NCBI GenBank assembly: GCA_002633005.1
Contig: NMRA01000329.1
Location: 209,219 to 273,218 of the forward strand
DNA length: 64,000 bases
Origin: Phoronis australis
Lineage: Eukaryota > Animalia > Phoronida
Direction: 5' to 3'
Shown here: positions 44,694 through 57,200 of the stretch, piece after piece
How the letters are laid out: every line of letters begins with the position of its first letter
How positions within the stretch are numbered: the stretch's first letter is position 1
Program-made: the position numbers and the translations under genes
Notes under the pieces: generated by a model
What the model was told of the DNA's origin: nothing
Seen by the model: the letters and a program-made list of their open reading frames with translations, nothing else
Databases searched by the model: none

Positions 44694-47600
44694 GGGCAAG
44701 TCCAAACTTGAGACAAAAAAATTAAAATTGTGGCTACACTATTAATATTTTTGGTCTCATCTGAAAGCCTATTCTCTCTAGTTTCAGGACCCATATTTGA
44801 TTGTCCTATAACTTTCAATTTTTTGCCTAAATGGAACCATTTTCGGGGTCACTTGACCCTAAAAAATTAGCTTGATTTCCATGTGTGTTGCTAATTATTG
44901 TCATAAAAAACTAATTATGGGTACTTTACTATACTATCAAATTTGTGCAATCACATGAATCCCAAACTTTATAAAAAATAACATTTCAACTTTGACACAT
45001 CATCGATTCATCGACTTCTTGGGGTCAAAGGTCAACTCCTGGATATGATGGTGACATACGTCCATCACAAAAAAGTGTAAAAAAAGTTTAGTTATGTTAA
45101 AATTTTCAATCAAAATTAAAATAATTTCAAAGTCTCTTTTTACCAGTTACTCCATACTATTGACAAAAATTTTAGATCCCAGAGATTATTCGTTAAGTCA
45201 GAAATTGATTGCGTGACAGATGCACAGCAAATCTGTACGTCCGTCACGAACATCCGTCACACCCATGAAATAATTCTTCAGCAAATAAAAGTAACCTGAG
45301 GTCATATTTTTACTTTCTAAACTTGTAGAAGATGAAATGCAGCACACACCTAAGAATTTTAAAACAATAAAAATTACAAAGGCAGCTTTAAAATTATGTG
45401 AAGAAGTTACTACAGATTTAAACTAAATGGATTGGGTTTTTTCAATTTCAAAAGTACTTGCAGAAAATTTATAGTTTACAATGTCCTTCAGTTATTCTTA
45501 GTAGAATTCAACATATTAAAATCAGACAGTTGGCCCTCATTATAAAATGTAATTAAAACAAAATGCAAATTTAATGAACTTATCTGTTGGAATCCTGTGT
45601 TTGTAAAGAAATGCTTAGCTTTTGGGAAATTCAAGATGCAAAAATCTTCATACGAGAGTATAAATAACAAGAGACCTAAAAAAATACATGTTAAGTTGCT
45701 ATTGCGCTGGAATTAACATGTTATTTCTGCACTGACCTGCTATGCTGTGGACATTGTGTGTTGAAAAAGCCGATACTGGGCATTTTTAAGCGGTAGGAAC
45801 TTGTCACCTATTTTATTGGGCATTTTTGTCACAACCTCACTGACTGTAGTCACCCCTTTTGTGTTTTTCAGTGTATGTGGTCATTGGTAGCTTGTATGAA
45901 ATGATTCTTTATTTTTATTTAAGGTGCATTCCACGATATTTGTGCCATGGACTTAAAAATTTCAAATCAGCCTTTTAACTTTCATTTTGATGTTTACACA
46001 TAGTTTAGTCATTGAATTTTGTTGTCTGCAGGTCCATTTTCTGTTATGCTTAGAAATTTTGCTTTTATCGGAAGGTTTATCTCTTATTTGTAAAATTTTG
46101 CGTTACAGATGTGACATAACTTTTTGCATAATTTTTTCTACAGACATGAAGAAATAAATGCCAAAATTGTTTTAATATATCATTTGCTACACAAGAAGTA
46201 TACTAACAGTTGAAACTACCTGATTTTTTGATAATTAGTATTTCCAATTAAACTTTCAAATTAGTGAAAGTCACATCTGTAACATTTAAGTAACAAAAGT
46301 TTTGATTTTANNNNNNNNNNNNNNNNNNNNNNNNNNNNNNNNNNNNNNNNNNNNNNNNNNNNNNNNNNNNNNNNNNNGTCCTCTACATAGTAAGCATATA
46401 CATGCCAATTTTCACAATCATCCTTTGAGCGGTTTGGTTGATAGAGGGGTGGACGCACAAAAACAGACTCGAAAACACTAAAAATGGCCACTAGGTGGCG
46501 CAAACTATGTCGAATCCATCTGAAAACGGGAGGATAGCGTCATCTCACCAATAGGTGCCTACATACCAAATTTCATGGAAATCCGTTCAGGACTTTTGAA
46601 GATACAAAGGTAAGCGTAAAAAAATTAAAATTGCCACTAGGGGGCACACCAGTAGTCGGATCCGTCCAAAAGTCGTCATATTCTATTGTTAACATCATAT
46701 AAATACACTTACACAATTTCGTAAAGATCCTGCGAACGGTTTAGGAGATACAGCCATAGGCGCAAAAAAAACAAAACTGCCACTAGGAGGCACCACAGTA
46801 GCCGAAGTCGTCGGAAAATCATTGTCAACCGTCCTCTACATAGTAAGCATATACATGCCAATTTTCACAATCATCCTTTGAGCAGTTTGGTTGATAGAGG
46901 GGTGGACGCACAAAAACAGACTTGAAAACACTAAAAATGGTCACCAGGTGGCGCAAACTATGTCGAATCCATCCGAAAACGAGAGGATAGCGTCATCTCA
47001 CTAATAGGTGCCTACATACCAAATTTCATGAAAATCCGTTCAGGACTTTTGAAGATACAAAGGTAAGCGTAAAAAACTAAAATTGCCACTAGGGGGAACA
47101 CCGGTAGTCGGATCCGTCCGAAAGTTCGCACATGCCGTCCCATTCATGAATGGAACATATGTGCCAAATTTCATGAACGTATGTCAAAGGGTTTTGGAGA
47201 TAGAGCAGCGGACGCCGGACGCTGCCCGGACGGACGGACGGACGGACGAACTGAGATGACGGCATAATGCGTCCACATATAAATATGTGGGCGCATAAAA
47301 AATGCCATCGTGGATCAAGAAATTCATAATTGCACTTGTGCGTACTGCGATGTGACATAATTTAAACCAGCCTCTCTTTAAATTTCAAAAGAAGGCATGA
47401 GTTGAAGAGCTGAATGAAAACCTAATCATGCTAATCCCTACATGTATATAGAAACCAACATCTGATAAGTTAGTTCTACATATTCCTAAATCATAATCCT
47501 AAATGCAATAAAATAAAAATGTCTTGTTTTCACAGAAAGCAAAGGGAATTTGAATCCAATTATGAATGTCAACAGTTGATGCTGTCTACTAAACCATGCC

Positions 47601-48566
47601 TCACAGTTTGTTTAAAGAAGATACTGACATCCTGTTACTAATACTTTGAAAAATCACCATGATTAGTACTTACAAGGCATTCATCAGAACCATCAACGGC
47701 ATGGTCCAGAGAATAATTTTGTGCAAGCTTAGGGCGAGTTCTAATTTAAAAATAATTAATTAAAATGTGTTTTATGACAGTGATTAGTAATGTTTTAAAC
47801 TTTTATTTTAGATTTTATATTTTGACAGTCACATTCACTTATTGATTTTAACGCATAAAAATAGATTTTCCTGATAACTAACAGCTTTGAAATACAAAAT
47901 GATTATCACTCTCATTTCCACCTATGATGGCTTACCATCTTCAAAGGGAAGTGAAGATTTTAGGTGTTTGTTTTATAGCTTTAATCAAATGTATTGAAAA
48001 GTTAAAATCCTAGAGTATGTTCCCAGCATAGGCCTACCTGTGATGATATCGTGCCAAAGGTCAAACGGTATATTTTAATTAAAAAAATGAATTGGTAGCA
48101 AAAGACCAATATAACTTAAATACTGCAAAAGTTTGAATCATTTTGAGTTGACATCATAGTCACAACACACAATTTAAAACTAGAAATTCAGAGGGTACGT
48201 CCGTCACACCAACTCATCTTCTATCGAGCTGACAAAAATTTCTTGAAAGATATCATCAAAAATGTAGTGTGGTGTACTTTGCAAACATTCCACTATATCA
48301 TCATATAAACAAAAAATTGTAACTTAATGCAATTCACAGAAAATTAACAAAAAAAAAATTTCAAATTCTCTGCGTACGTCCGTCACAACCCTTTAATGGA
48401 AATTTCCTCAGTCGGATTAAAATATAGGGGAAAAGTTGATACAGGTTTTGAAAGCTATCAATGAGACCTATCAATTGATGTATTAACTATTTTCCCAGGA
48501 TGAACATTTTTTCACAATTGATCAAAACGTTCTCTGACTGTACGTCTGTCACAGATGGAATTGCCC
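44694..48566. mobile_element. Non-autonomous TIR element of about 3.9 kb (includes gap and nested element)
   Basis: Ends GGGCAAGTCCA / TGGAATTGCCC. Repeated GTACGTCYGTCAC motifs near 45236, 48196, 48374 and 48540. Confidence 0.5.
46378..47302 (-). mobile_element. Helentron-associated (HINE/DINE-1-like) element with internal tandem repeats; truncated by the N gap
   Basis: Minus strand shows TTTTTATGCGCCCACA..TGTGGACGCAT hairpin, then (GTCC)n, then about 150-bp repeats carrying CCACTAGGNGGC and CCAAATTTCA. A 453-bp unit repeats at 46378 and 46831. Confidence 0.7.
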
Positions 48567-50263
48567 TCGAACAAACACAATCTGATGAATTTCATCATTC
48601 CCCCACTTTTGAAACAAAAAAGAGAGTCTAAGTCGATTTAAAAGCAGTCTACTTGTCATACACGGATGTACCATCTGCTAGATTTTTGGTAAAAAGGTAA
48701 AGTGGCGTCTTTGGAAGATGGTGACAGTGTTGCCATAACAAAAGTTCTGCTCAGAACTTCAGTTGATTGATGTACGTAAAAACAACTTAAGAAGTACAAT
48801 CATGGATTGAAGAATTGTTGAAAACAGAAATTGGAGAAAACAGATGCTTTATTTTGTAGCGCTAAAAGTTGACACATGTCCACTATCATAAATGTAGAAT
48901 AACATTGTCGTAGTAATGGCAGTTTTCCCTCCGCTCACCAAGATAAGGTAATTTTGCATTTTAAGAGTCTATATTGTCCAGAAGTTAAACAAAGTCACAA
49001 TTATTTATGTATCACTCCGATGCTTTCTACTAGGAACTGCTTCAAGATGATCAGATATATTTTTTTAAACTTCTGCTAAGCTTACCATTAGTGTTAGGTA
49101 CACCGTTCAAAATACATGCTGGCCCGTTGGTCCTACATGTATGTGGACGTGGTCTCATATTCAAGAAATTGGCCCGGCAGGCCAGTACATTTATTTGCTG
49201 AAGCTCGAACACCGGTTAGGAACGGAATTTATTTCAAGGATTGAGATTAGGACTGGGTTCTCGAAGAGGTACAAAGGTATGAAAGCACTGTACGAAGTCC
49301 GTGGTTAAATACATTTCTCAAAACCAAAGTAATGGTAAATTTAAATTGTTTTTGAAAATTATATATATCTTGAATTTGGATCTTAAGACCTCTGAAATGT
49401 AGTTTTAATCCAAGTTAGATTTTAGTGGCATTAATTTTGTGTCAGATTTTCATTTGCTCACTTTTTACCCATGTTCCAACGTACTGTTGTAAAGTACCTT
49501 GATATAGCCCTAATGCAAAGCTGTGTAAACATAGTCTTACACTGGTGATGTCAGTAAACAAAACTGGTCAAACAAAATCTGACACGAAATTAATGTGATT
49601 AAAAACTACACTCTTCGCGGAGTAAATTCCGATGCCAAACAATGCCATTCTACCATTACTAGTACTCTGCTACTAAATCTGTGGAGTGATGTTATGCGGC
49701 AGCTTTCAGTTTCAGCGCTATGAAATAGAGCGTCCCCTATTGGCCACTTTCTTTTTTTGCCAACTGTTCTTCTTCCAATCCCTTTTATACACGACACAAC
49801 AAATTATCGGCACAGTTATATTTTATCATAAGTTTTAGTATTCTTATACTTAGCGAACTGGATGCCTGAGCAAATTTTGCTTCTGCGAAGCTGTCATCAT
49901 CTCTCCAAAGATGATGTGCAGCAAATGGTCTGTACTGTCACGAGTGTACCCTACTTTCACATTGACTACAAAAGTCGGAGAATTATACAATGAAATGCCA
50001 TTTATTAGATTGTTTTCCATCTAAACAGCTGTAACAGGCACGATCAGTTGACTCCCACATTTTGCATGCACCCCCACCAGTCTTTAAATCTACATGTTGA
50101 TATAAATTTAACAATGTGACGACTAACAGATATACAGGCACAGCGAAATTTCTAGGACTAAGGTATCTGGCTAGCCGTATGAAGACTAACAACAAAATAC
50201 AACGACAACTGCTGCGACTGTTACTGAACATAGACTTCGAAATTATTTTCGTGCACAATTCTC

Positions 50264-51297
50264 GGACTGGTCGGTAATAGCGGTCCCTGATTTAGTGAAC
50301 CAGTTTCATCCCCTGAATAATGGGCCCGTTATTCAGTGATTGCCTGGCTCTCTAAATCAGGGACAGCTATATCCGTAGGCAATGACCATCGCCTCTGTTG
50401 GCCCGAAGCAGAGGCTATAGGCGCTCTGTACGCCGGAAGCTTTTCGGCGAATTATGCCTCGCACCGACTAAACCATCAAAGTCACGTTGTTATAAATACC
50501 TTTTGCACATAGAGGAACACCTGAGGAGGTTGTCGATGTGTTTAATTCCTTCCAACTCGAACAAATACTCCCATTATCAAACATTTTATTCGAGCAGTCC
50601 CTATTTCAGTTCCCAAAATCGTGAACTCACCATTTTTATACTGCGCACGCTCGCTGGGAGATGTGAATTCATCACCTCAATCTTTAAATAGGCCAAAGGT
50701 GAGCCATTGCGGTCTTGTCAGTCAAATGTTCGTTTCCAAAATGCCACCACTTATACTTGTCTTTAATTGGCGTTACTTGAAACTGATTGTATTTCAATGA
50801 ATTATTGTTTGTATTTGATAAAAATAAATGCTGTTGATATGACATTTAATACTGTTTGTGCACATATTTGACATTTTAATGTTTAACAACACGGCAAATG
50901 CACGGCTGGTTCCCGGCAGCACGTACGCGAAGGGCGGGAACTTTAGCTTTCAAAGTTCGCCGGTAGGTCCGCAACTTCTGACCTTCGGCCTGGTTAAAAA
51001 AATGAAAAAGTTGATTTTACGATTTTGGGAACTGAAATAGGGACTGCTCGAAGAAAAAGTTTCATAACGGGAGTATTTGTTCGAGTTGGAAGGAATTAAA
51101 CACATCGACAACCTCCTAAGGTGTTCCTCTATGCGCAAAAGGTATTTATAACAACGTGACTTTGATGGTTTAGTGACTTTAGTCGGTGCGAGGCATAATT
51201 CGCCGAAAAGCTTCCGGCGTACAGAGCGCCTATAGCCTCTGCATCGGACCAACAGAACAGAGGCGATGGTCATTGCCTACTATACCCGACCAGTGCC
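50264..51297. mobile_element. Palindromic MITE with 8-bp TSD (Merlin-like), split by a nested insertion
   Basis: TSD CAATTCTC (50256-50263, 51298-51305). Ends GGACTGGTCGG / CCGACCAGTGCC. Central palindrome CTGAATAATGGGCCCGTTATTCAG. Confidence 0.65.
50376..51279. mobile_element. 904-bp foldback element, about 260-bp TIRs, 9-bp TSD (MULE- or AcademH-like)
   Basis: TAGGCAATGACCATCGCCTCTGTT... is mirrored at 51006-51279. TSD CTATATCCG / CTATACCCG. Explains the mirror ORFs 50398+ and 50950-. Confidence 0.85.
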
Positions 51298-54200
51298 CAA
51301 TTCTCTGCCATTAGTCACAAAAAAGCCTGTAGTTTGCTCGCAACAACTGCATATGCCATTTGACATTGACATCATTCGGGAAAAGATGACAACAGCTTTG
51401 TCAAAAGAAATGTTTGCTCAGAAATTGGGTTTGCTGGTGTTACTGTTAAAATACAAAACCAATTACAATCAATTGCAGCTCAGACTAAACAACATCTGAG
51501 ATTGCAGTGACTTCAACAACCTTGTGAAGTTGTGTAGAATCAGAAAAATGGCCAATACGGCAATAGCAGACACTCCAAGGGGAAGGGCAAGGGCAAGATC
51601 GCCTAACGCCGGTACATAAGAATCATAAGAATGGCATTTTTAGCACCAGTTGCTTAGTTACTAATTCAGTTTAGAGTGCAGTTTTTAATGATGTTAAATC
51701 CGTGTTAGATTTATCTGGTAAGTTTTTAAACCATCGGTGCAAAGCTGCTGATAGACCTTTGCAGTGCACCAAGGCCCCAACTCCAACGGCGTTTGTTATA
51801 AACACGGTGTAAGACAAACATGGCTATGCCTGGGTCTGCCAGTGTCTCAAGTCAAACGCCGTCAATGTCTCCTAAACGGCGAAATCAATGGCAACCCGAA
51901 TACGCCTACGGTCAGCAACCATAAATGTATATTTTTGTCCATGCAATTAGTGAATTGCGCTCCTTCGAAGCCAATATTAACTCGCACCTGTTATCAGGTC
52001 AATAAACACGGCATATTCATTGTGTTCAGGGGAGTTTGACCTACTTTCACGTTTAAAGAATTGTCTCCCCTAGCTAATGTCAAACACCGAACTGGCAGAT
52101 ACCAATTCACATCTTATGAATACTGAACAAGCGACAACAAAAATACAAAATTGCAAATAAAAACCAACCAACCTTTATGATAAGCAAAACTTATTATGGA
52201 AGACAGATTGAACAACGATTCCAACGAAACACCGATAAAATTGGACGAAGAGCATCAGTTTATCAGCCTTTCTGCTCTGAACAGAACCGCCAGAGAATCC
52301 AACATGGACGCTAAAAACAACCCAAGTACATTTTTTAAATCCACACCTTAAGGTACGAGAATTTAAATTTTCTGGTTCTGCTTTCACATTTAAAAGCAAA
52401 AAAATATAACATAATAAATACGTAGCTATAGCTGAAAAAAGGGGCTGTTATGGCGTATACAAAATGTATTTTGGCCATTTTTCCATCTCTAAAACACGAC
52501 GAAAAATAATCAGAACAGCGTAACTACTGTGTTTCATCACATAAGTATATTAACAAATAATTCTTTCAGGCTCTTTTGTTTTGAAAGAATTTATTCAAAC
52601 AAAGCATGCAAAATATATGCTTCGAATGGTGATGACGTTTCTGGTCACGTGATAAACAGCTGACAAACCCAAACAGACCAAAGGGAAGAAACAAAATTCT
52701 TATCTTCAACGGATAAATTTGAAGAGTTGTGAGACGCTAACGCAGAATCTACCAGTGCATATGACATTAACAGTTGCATAGATGTTTCCTACGTGAGTTT
52801 TACTGTTGAACGTTCGTCGCGTTTGAGACTATCAAAGAATATTTTTCGCTTCAGGGCAGTTCTGCATTGGTTTGACTCACTTTGACTGTCGATTAAAATC
52901 CAGGTCACAGCTGACACTATCACCAGACATTAAAATTGATCATCGTAGCGTTGCCATTGGATGTGAAGTTTCGGAAAATCCCCCAGTTTCAGGTAATGCT
53001 ATTCTTCCGCATCACTTTCACTTTTTTTGCAAACATCGTGCTTACGCAAACATTTGGATAACTGCCAGGCTTAGTTTAGTAGTTGGGATTTCCAGCATCA
53101 AATAGCCTTTTCTGCCTTCGGCTAGGGTGTTAGTAAACAGGAATTAGCGCTGCATGTGACTGACTTGTTGTAATTGTGATTCACTGGTTGTCGATCAGAT
53201 CTGGGTTTTCCAGCACTTTTTTGTGATATGAGTAAATTTATACAACGATGATCTGAGTTTTCTTCAAATGTTGGACTGGCCAGCCAGCTAGGTGTATCGT
53301 GTATGTGGACTACTAACATCGAAATTCACACAGGTTTGTAGCAAAACCAGGTGGAGTCGACGTGTTTATTTACACACAGGTTTCATGTTTAAGTGACATG
53401 GTGCATTAAGTTTACACTTATCAGGATATTCTCAGGTCTCATATGTTAATTTTGGTTGTAAAATGCAACCAGGGATCAGATTCTTAGTAGGTTAGGATAC
53501 CGTGCCGTGGACTACAACAAAGTTTATTGCTTTTTGCGTGCTTGCCCGGGTGAATTTGAATGACCATTGCACCTATAGTTTTGTTCACTATATTCTTAAA
53601 TGCATGGTGAAATCAAAGAAACCTATTTTTTTCTGTTTTTCGTCGAAAACGTCAATGTTACCAATTAAAGATAACCAATTTAAAAACCACTATTGGCATT
53701 GTGATTATTTGTTCTAAATTAGTGTGTTCAATGTTCAAAACAATACTTCAAATTTCTGTCACCTTCTCTCTGTAGGGAATTTGAGTTTCTAAATATCATT
53801 TTCATTTTTGGTATAATGGTCATTAAGTCTAACCGTATCGTGAAATTAGAATTGCTAATGTTTTGTCTGCAGCAATGTTTCGTTTTGATTGCATAATGCT
53901 GAGGGCTGATGATTGTTACAATTAGACCGGAGTTTGGTGAATAGGGCAATTGGAATTGAAATCATGCACTCCAAGTGACGTGTATGTCATACATCGAAAC
54001 AAGTCATGATCTTTAGCATTCTCTCTTAGTAACCCCATAAAACTGAATCGGTATCGGCTGAAAAGTCTGAAAATAATGAACGATCAACTATCAATGACTC
54101 CAACATCTCTATGTGAAAAATTTAAAATTTCTTGTTTCAATTCTAATCAAAAATAGATTAAAAAAAACAAATGTTCCTTAATGTTAAGTAATTTTTCGTT

Positions 54201-57200
54201 TTTCTATCCACACTCAGTGAACCCCCACTCTCAAATTTTACCAGCACGGTATTTAACATAAATTTATTACTAAAGGTATGAGCTAACTATAGACAAAAAA
54301 TTTAACCATAAACACTGAAAATGTTCCCTTGGTCTCCCCTTCGCAGCTTAGCTGATCATTGCAACTGACAGTGTTCCCCCAGGAAGAACATTATTTTCAA
54401 TGAAAACATTTCAATTGTTGTCACTCTGTAAAACATCTCCCTTGTAACCACATTTTCGTTAGCACTCGGTTGTCCTATTAAGGCCATTTCGTTCTACCCT
54501 CGATGCGTTGATGTTATTGGGAGTTGCATTCACTATGAGCTGTAAACTTCGAACCTGGATTGAAGTTAACTGTGCAGTATGTAACAGGAGAGTGTCGATG
54601 CTGCGGTGCGGTATGAACAGCCAACTTTGATCTCATCTAAGTTATCACCGCAATGGCAACCAGTGTTATCGTCAACAATTTAAAAGGCGGTGTCGTTGCT
54701 AATAGTTGCTTATATTTTGCTCAAATAATCACCAGTCGAATTAATGTTCTCAAATTGTCACATTAAAATAATCTTAGTGTGCACGGGATGCATCAGCGCT
54801 TGTGATTACGTATTTCGATGATGACAGCATCACCTACCGTTTACTTTGATGCCGTTAACTACTGAGGCAGGCGAAGTGGGTATGAATGATTCAATTAACT
54901 TCGCAGTTTACATCGACATTCCACTCTTAGGACAATTAAGTAGTAATTGAAGGCTTGGTCCTGCCTAGGTTGGTTCTGACTACACACTGTCAGATTTAAC
55001 AGATAGCAAACAAGTAAGCTCATTGGTCCATTCTGTATTATATGTAAGGCATGTTAATTCATTTTATTAAAAAAACAATGGGACTCTCCTGGTAACATGA
55101 ACAAAATCGTGACTTTAAAAAATGTGGCTGACTTGAAGGTGTGAGTTTAAATACACCCTGCTGCCTGTCAAGGTCGTATGAAGTGTTCCTAGTGGTTAAT
55201 GGGTGGTGTACTGTCTCATCACCCTGTAGAAATTCCAATAGCACTGTCTGTTTGCTGGAAAGTTCTACAAAGCTTGAGATGTTAGTTCTTTTGGAATCCA
55301 GTACTAGGTTTTGGAGTTCAAGCCTAGCTTTTCTCCTAGCTAACAACATGGCTAGAGAGTTGACCATTGTCTTATTGTGCATTAAACTATGGGTAATAAG
55401 AACTAAGTACTGTTTGACTCAGCTGTGGAAGCAATTGACCCCATAAAATGCAAGCCAGATGTGCACTCAACATTATTCTACAAAGGTTTAGGTTTGTGTT
55501 TGGAACCATTTTAAACATGTTGACTGAACCCACAAAACTGACCAATGAGATTCAAATCCAGAGGTCTGTAAATTGCTTAGAGGACAATGCTGAGTTTATA
55601 TTTTTTCTGAGATTCAATCATGGGTTGTCCACCAAGTAACGCTGCAGTCATAAGGTTTTTGGATATTTCAGAACAAAATTTCCATGCAAGCATTCATTTT
55701 CCGCTTTTGAGGACCTGAAAAGCATTGGCGTGCGGCAAGTTATGGGTCATTTATAAGTTTTATATTTGTCACTTTGAAATTTGATAATTTAAACAGAATT
55801 TTGTGTTTGCTTAATCAGTTTGTTTGTTTTTTGAAAACTGAAAACCATTTGGTAGGAATGCTTCAGACTAATGAAAAAAACAAAGGGTGATTCACTCAAA
55901 ATCGCGAAACCGCAATTTGAAAACCTGGGTTCTGCCTAGGAATTCAAAAATTTCTAAATAATTAAGCGTGTTGAATGTGAAAATGTGATATGCCCGAGTT
56001 TTGAGTGGTCTTTCCATGTGCTCAAATTAAAATTAATGTCCATATACAGTATACCCTTTTGAGATTTCACTCCAGGGACCACATATCTAGACATGAGGAA
56101 TGGAAATTGTTTCTCCAGCATTCCGTGATCTGTTCTGGTTCCTCTGCCCTATAGACTGCTGGTCATTGAACTTGCTTTACTGAAATGTTGGTCACCTTTT
56201 GAATAAGCCACAATAATAGCACTTTGTCATGGTGCTGCATTGTCCCATTCATTTTGTACATTACAGGTGTTAGGTCCACTGTTATGAAGGACCTTAGTAG
56301 TATTCACAAGTCTGAAAATTCTACTTGCTATTTTTTGATAGTCCCTCATACAAATGTAGATTATAAAGCAATTCATAATGTTCAGTCTTTTTCAGAACAG
56401 TGCATAAAGCATAGTATCAGAAAGTTTCAATTTGAATCTGATTAGCTAATTTTGAGATATGGTGTTCAAATTTGGCTGTTTTTATCTTAGGTCCTACATT
56501 ATCTTAAAAATTCTCTTTTCAATGCCGTGATCATTGTCAACAGTTGGAAATGACAAAACTGGACATCTGTATTGAAAAACACAGGCCATCACATCTGAAT
56601 TTTAAGAAAGACATCCGTTTCTATGCCAAAACTAAAGGGGCAGATGTGTGCCATAACACCCAAAAATGCACTAGACCTGTCAAACTGTACAATAAGGTCA
56701 GTGGCGTGGAAAATCACACACTTAATACATAATATATCAATTTGGTTCTCTGTCAAAAACTGGGATATTTTGATGATGTCGCTGGATGCGGTACAAACAT
56801 TCACTGTTCAAAAAGTGAAGCAGTCCTAGTACCAAAAGTGTATTTTAAGTTAAAAGATTGGAACTGTACCTACAGTTGTTTTGTAATGGGGCAACCTGAA
56901 GACTGTTGTTAGTAATTTTAAACAATTTCTAGAATAAGATCTTACAATTATCAGAAAGTCATTAAAATAGATGTTGAGAAAATTCTCTTTTTTGCATAAT
57001 TGTTTGTAGATGACTTTATCGACATAAGGTATATTAGTTTGCATACAGTAAACATTAGAAACTAAAAATCAGAATGTTTGATTAATAGCCTGGCTATGCA
57101 TTGACTGGCTGAAAATTTCTGCATGGTCAAACTTCACTTGTTTTTCATTTGTTATGGCTTAAGTTTCAAACTGAAATTGCTGAATCTGTTGGTCATTCTG

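Noticed and set aside
46311-46377. Run of N
   Set aside because: Assembly gap, not a biological feature.
50398-51273. Two near-identical ORFs on opposite strands
   Set aside because: Simply the two TIR arms of the foldback element.
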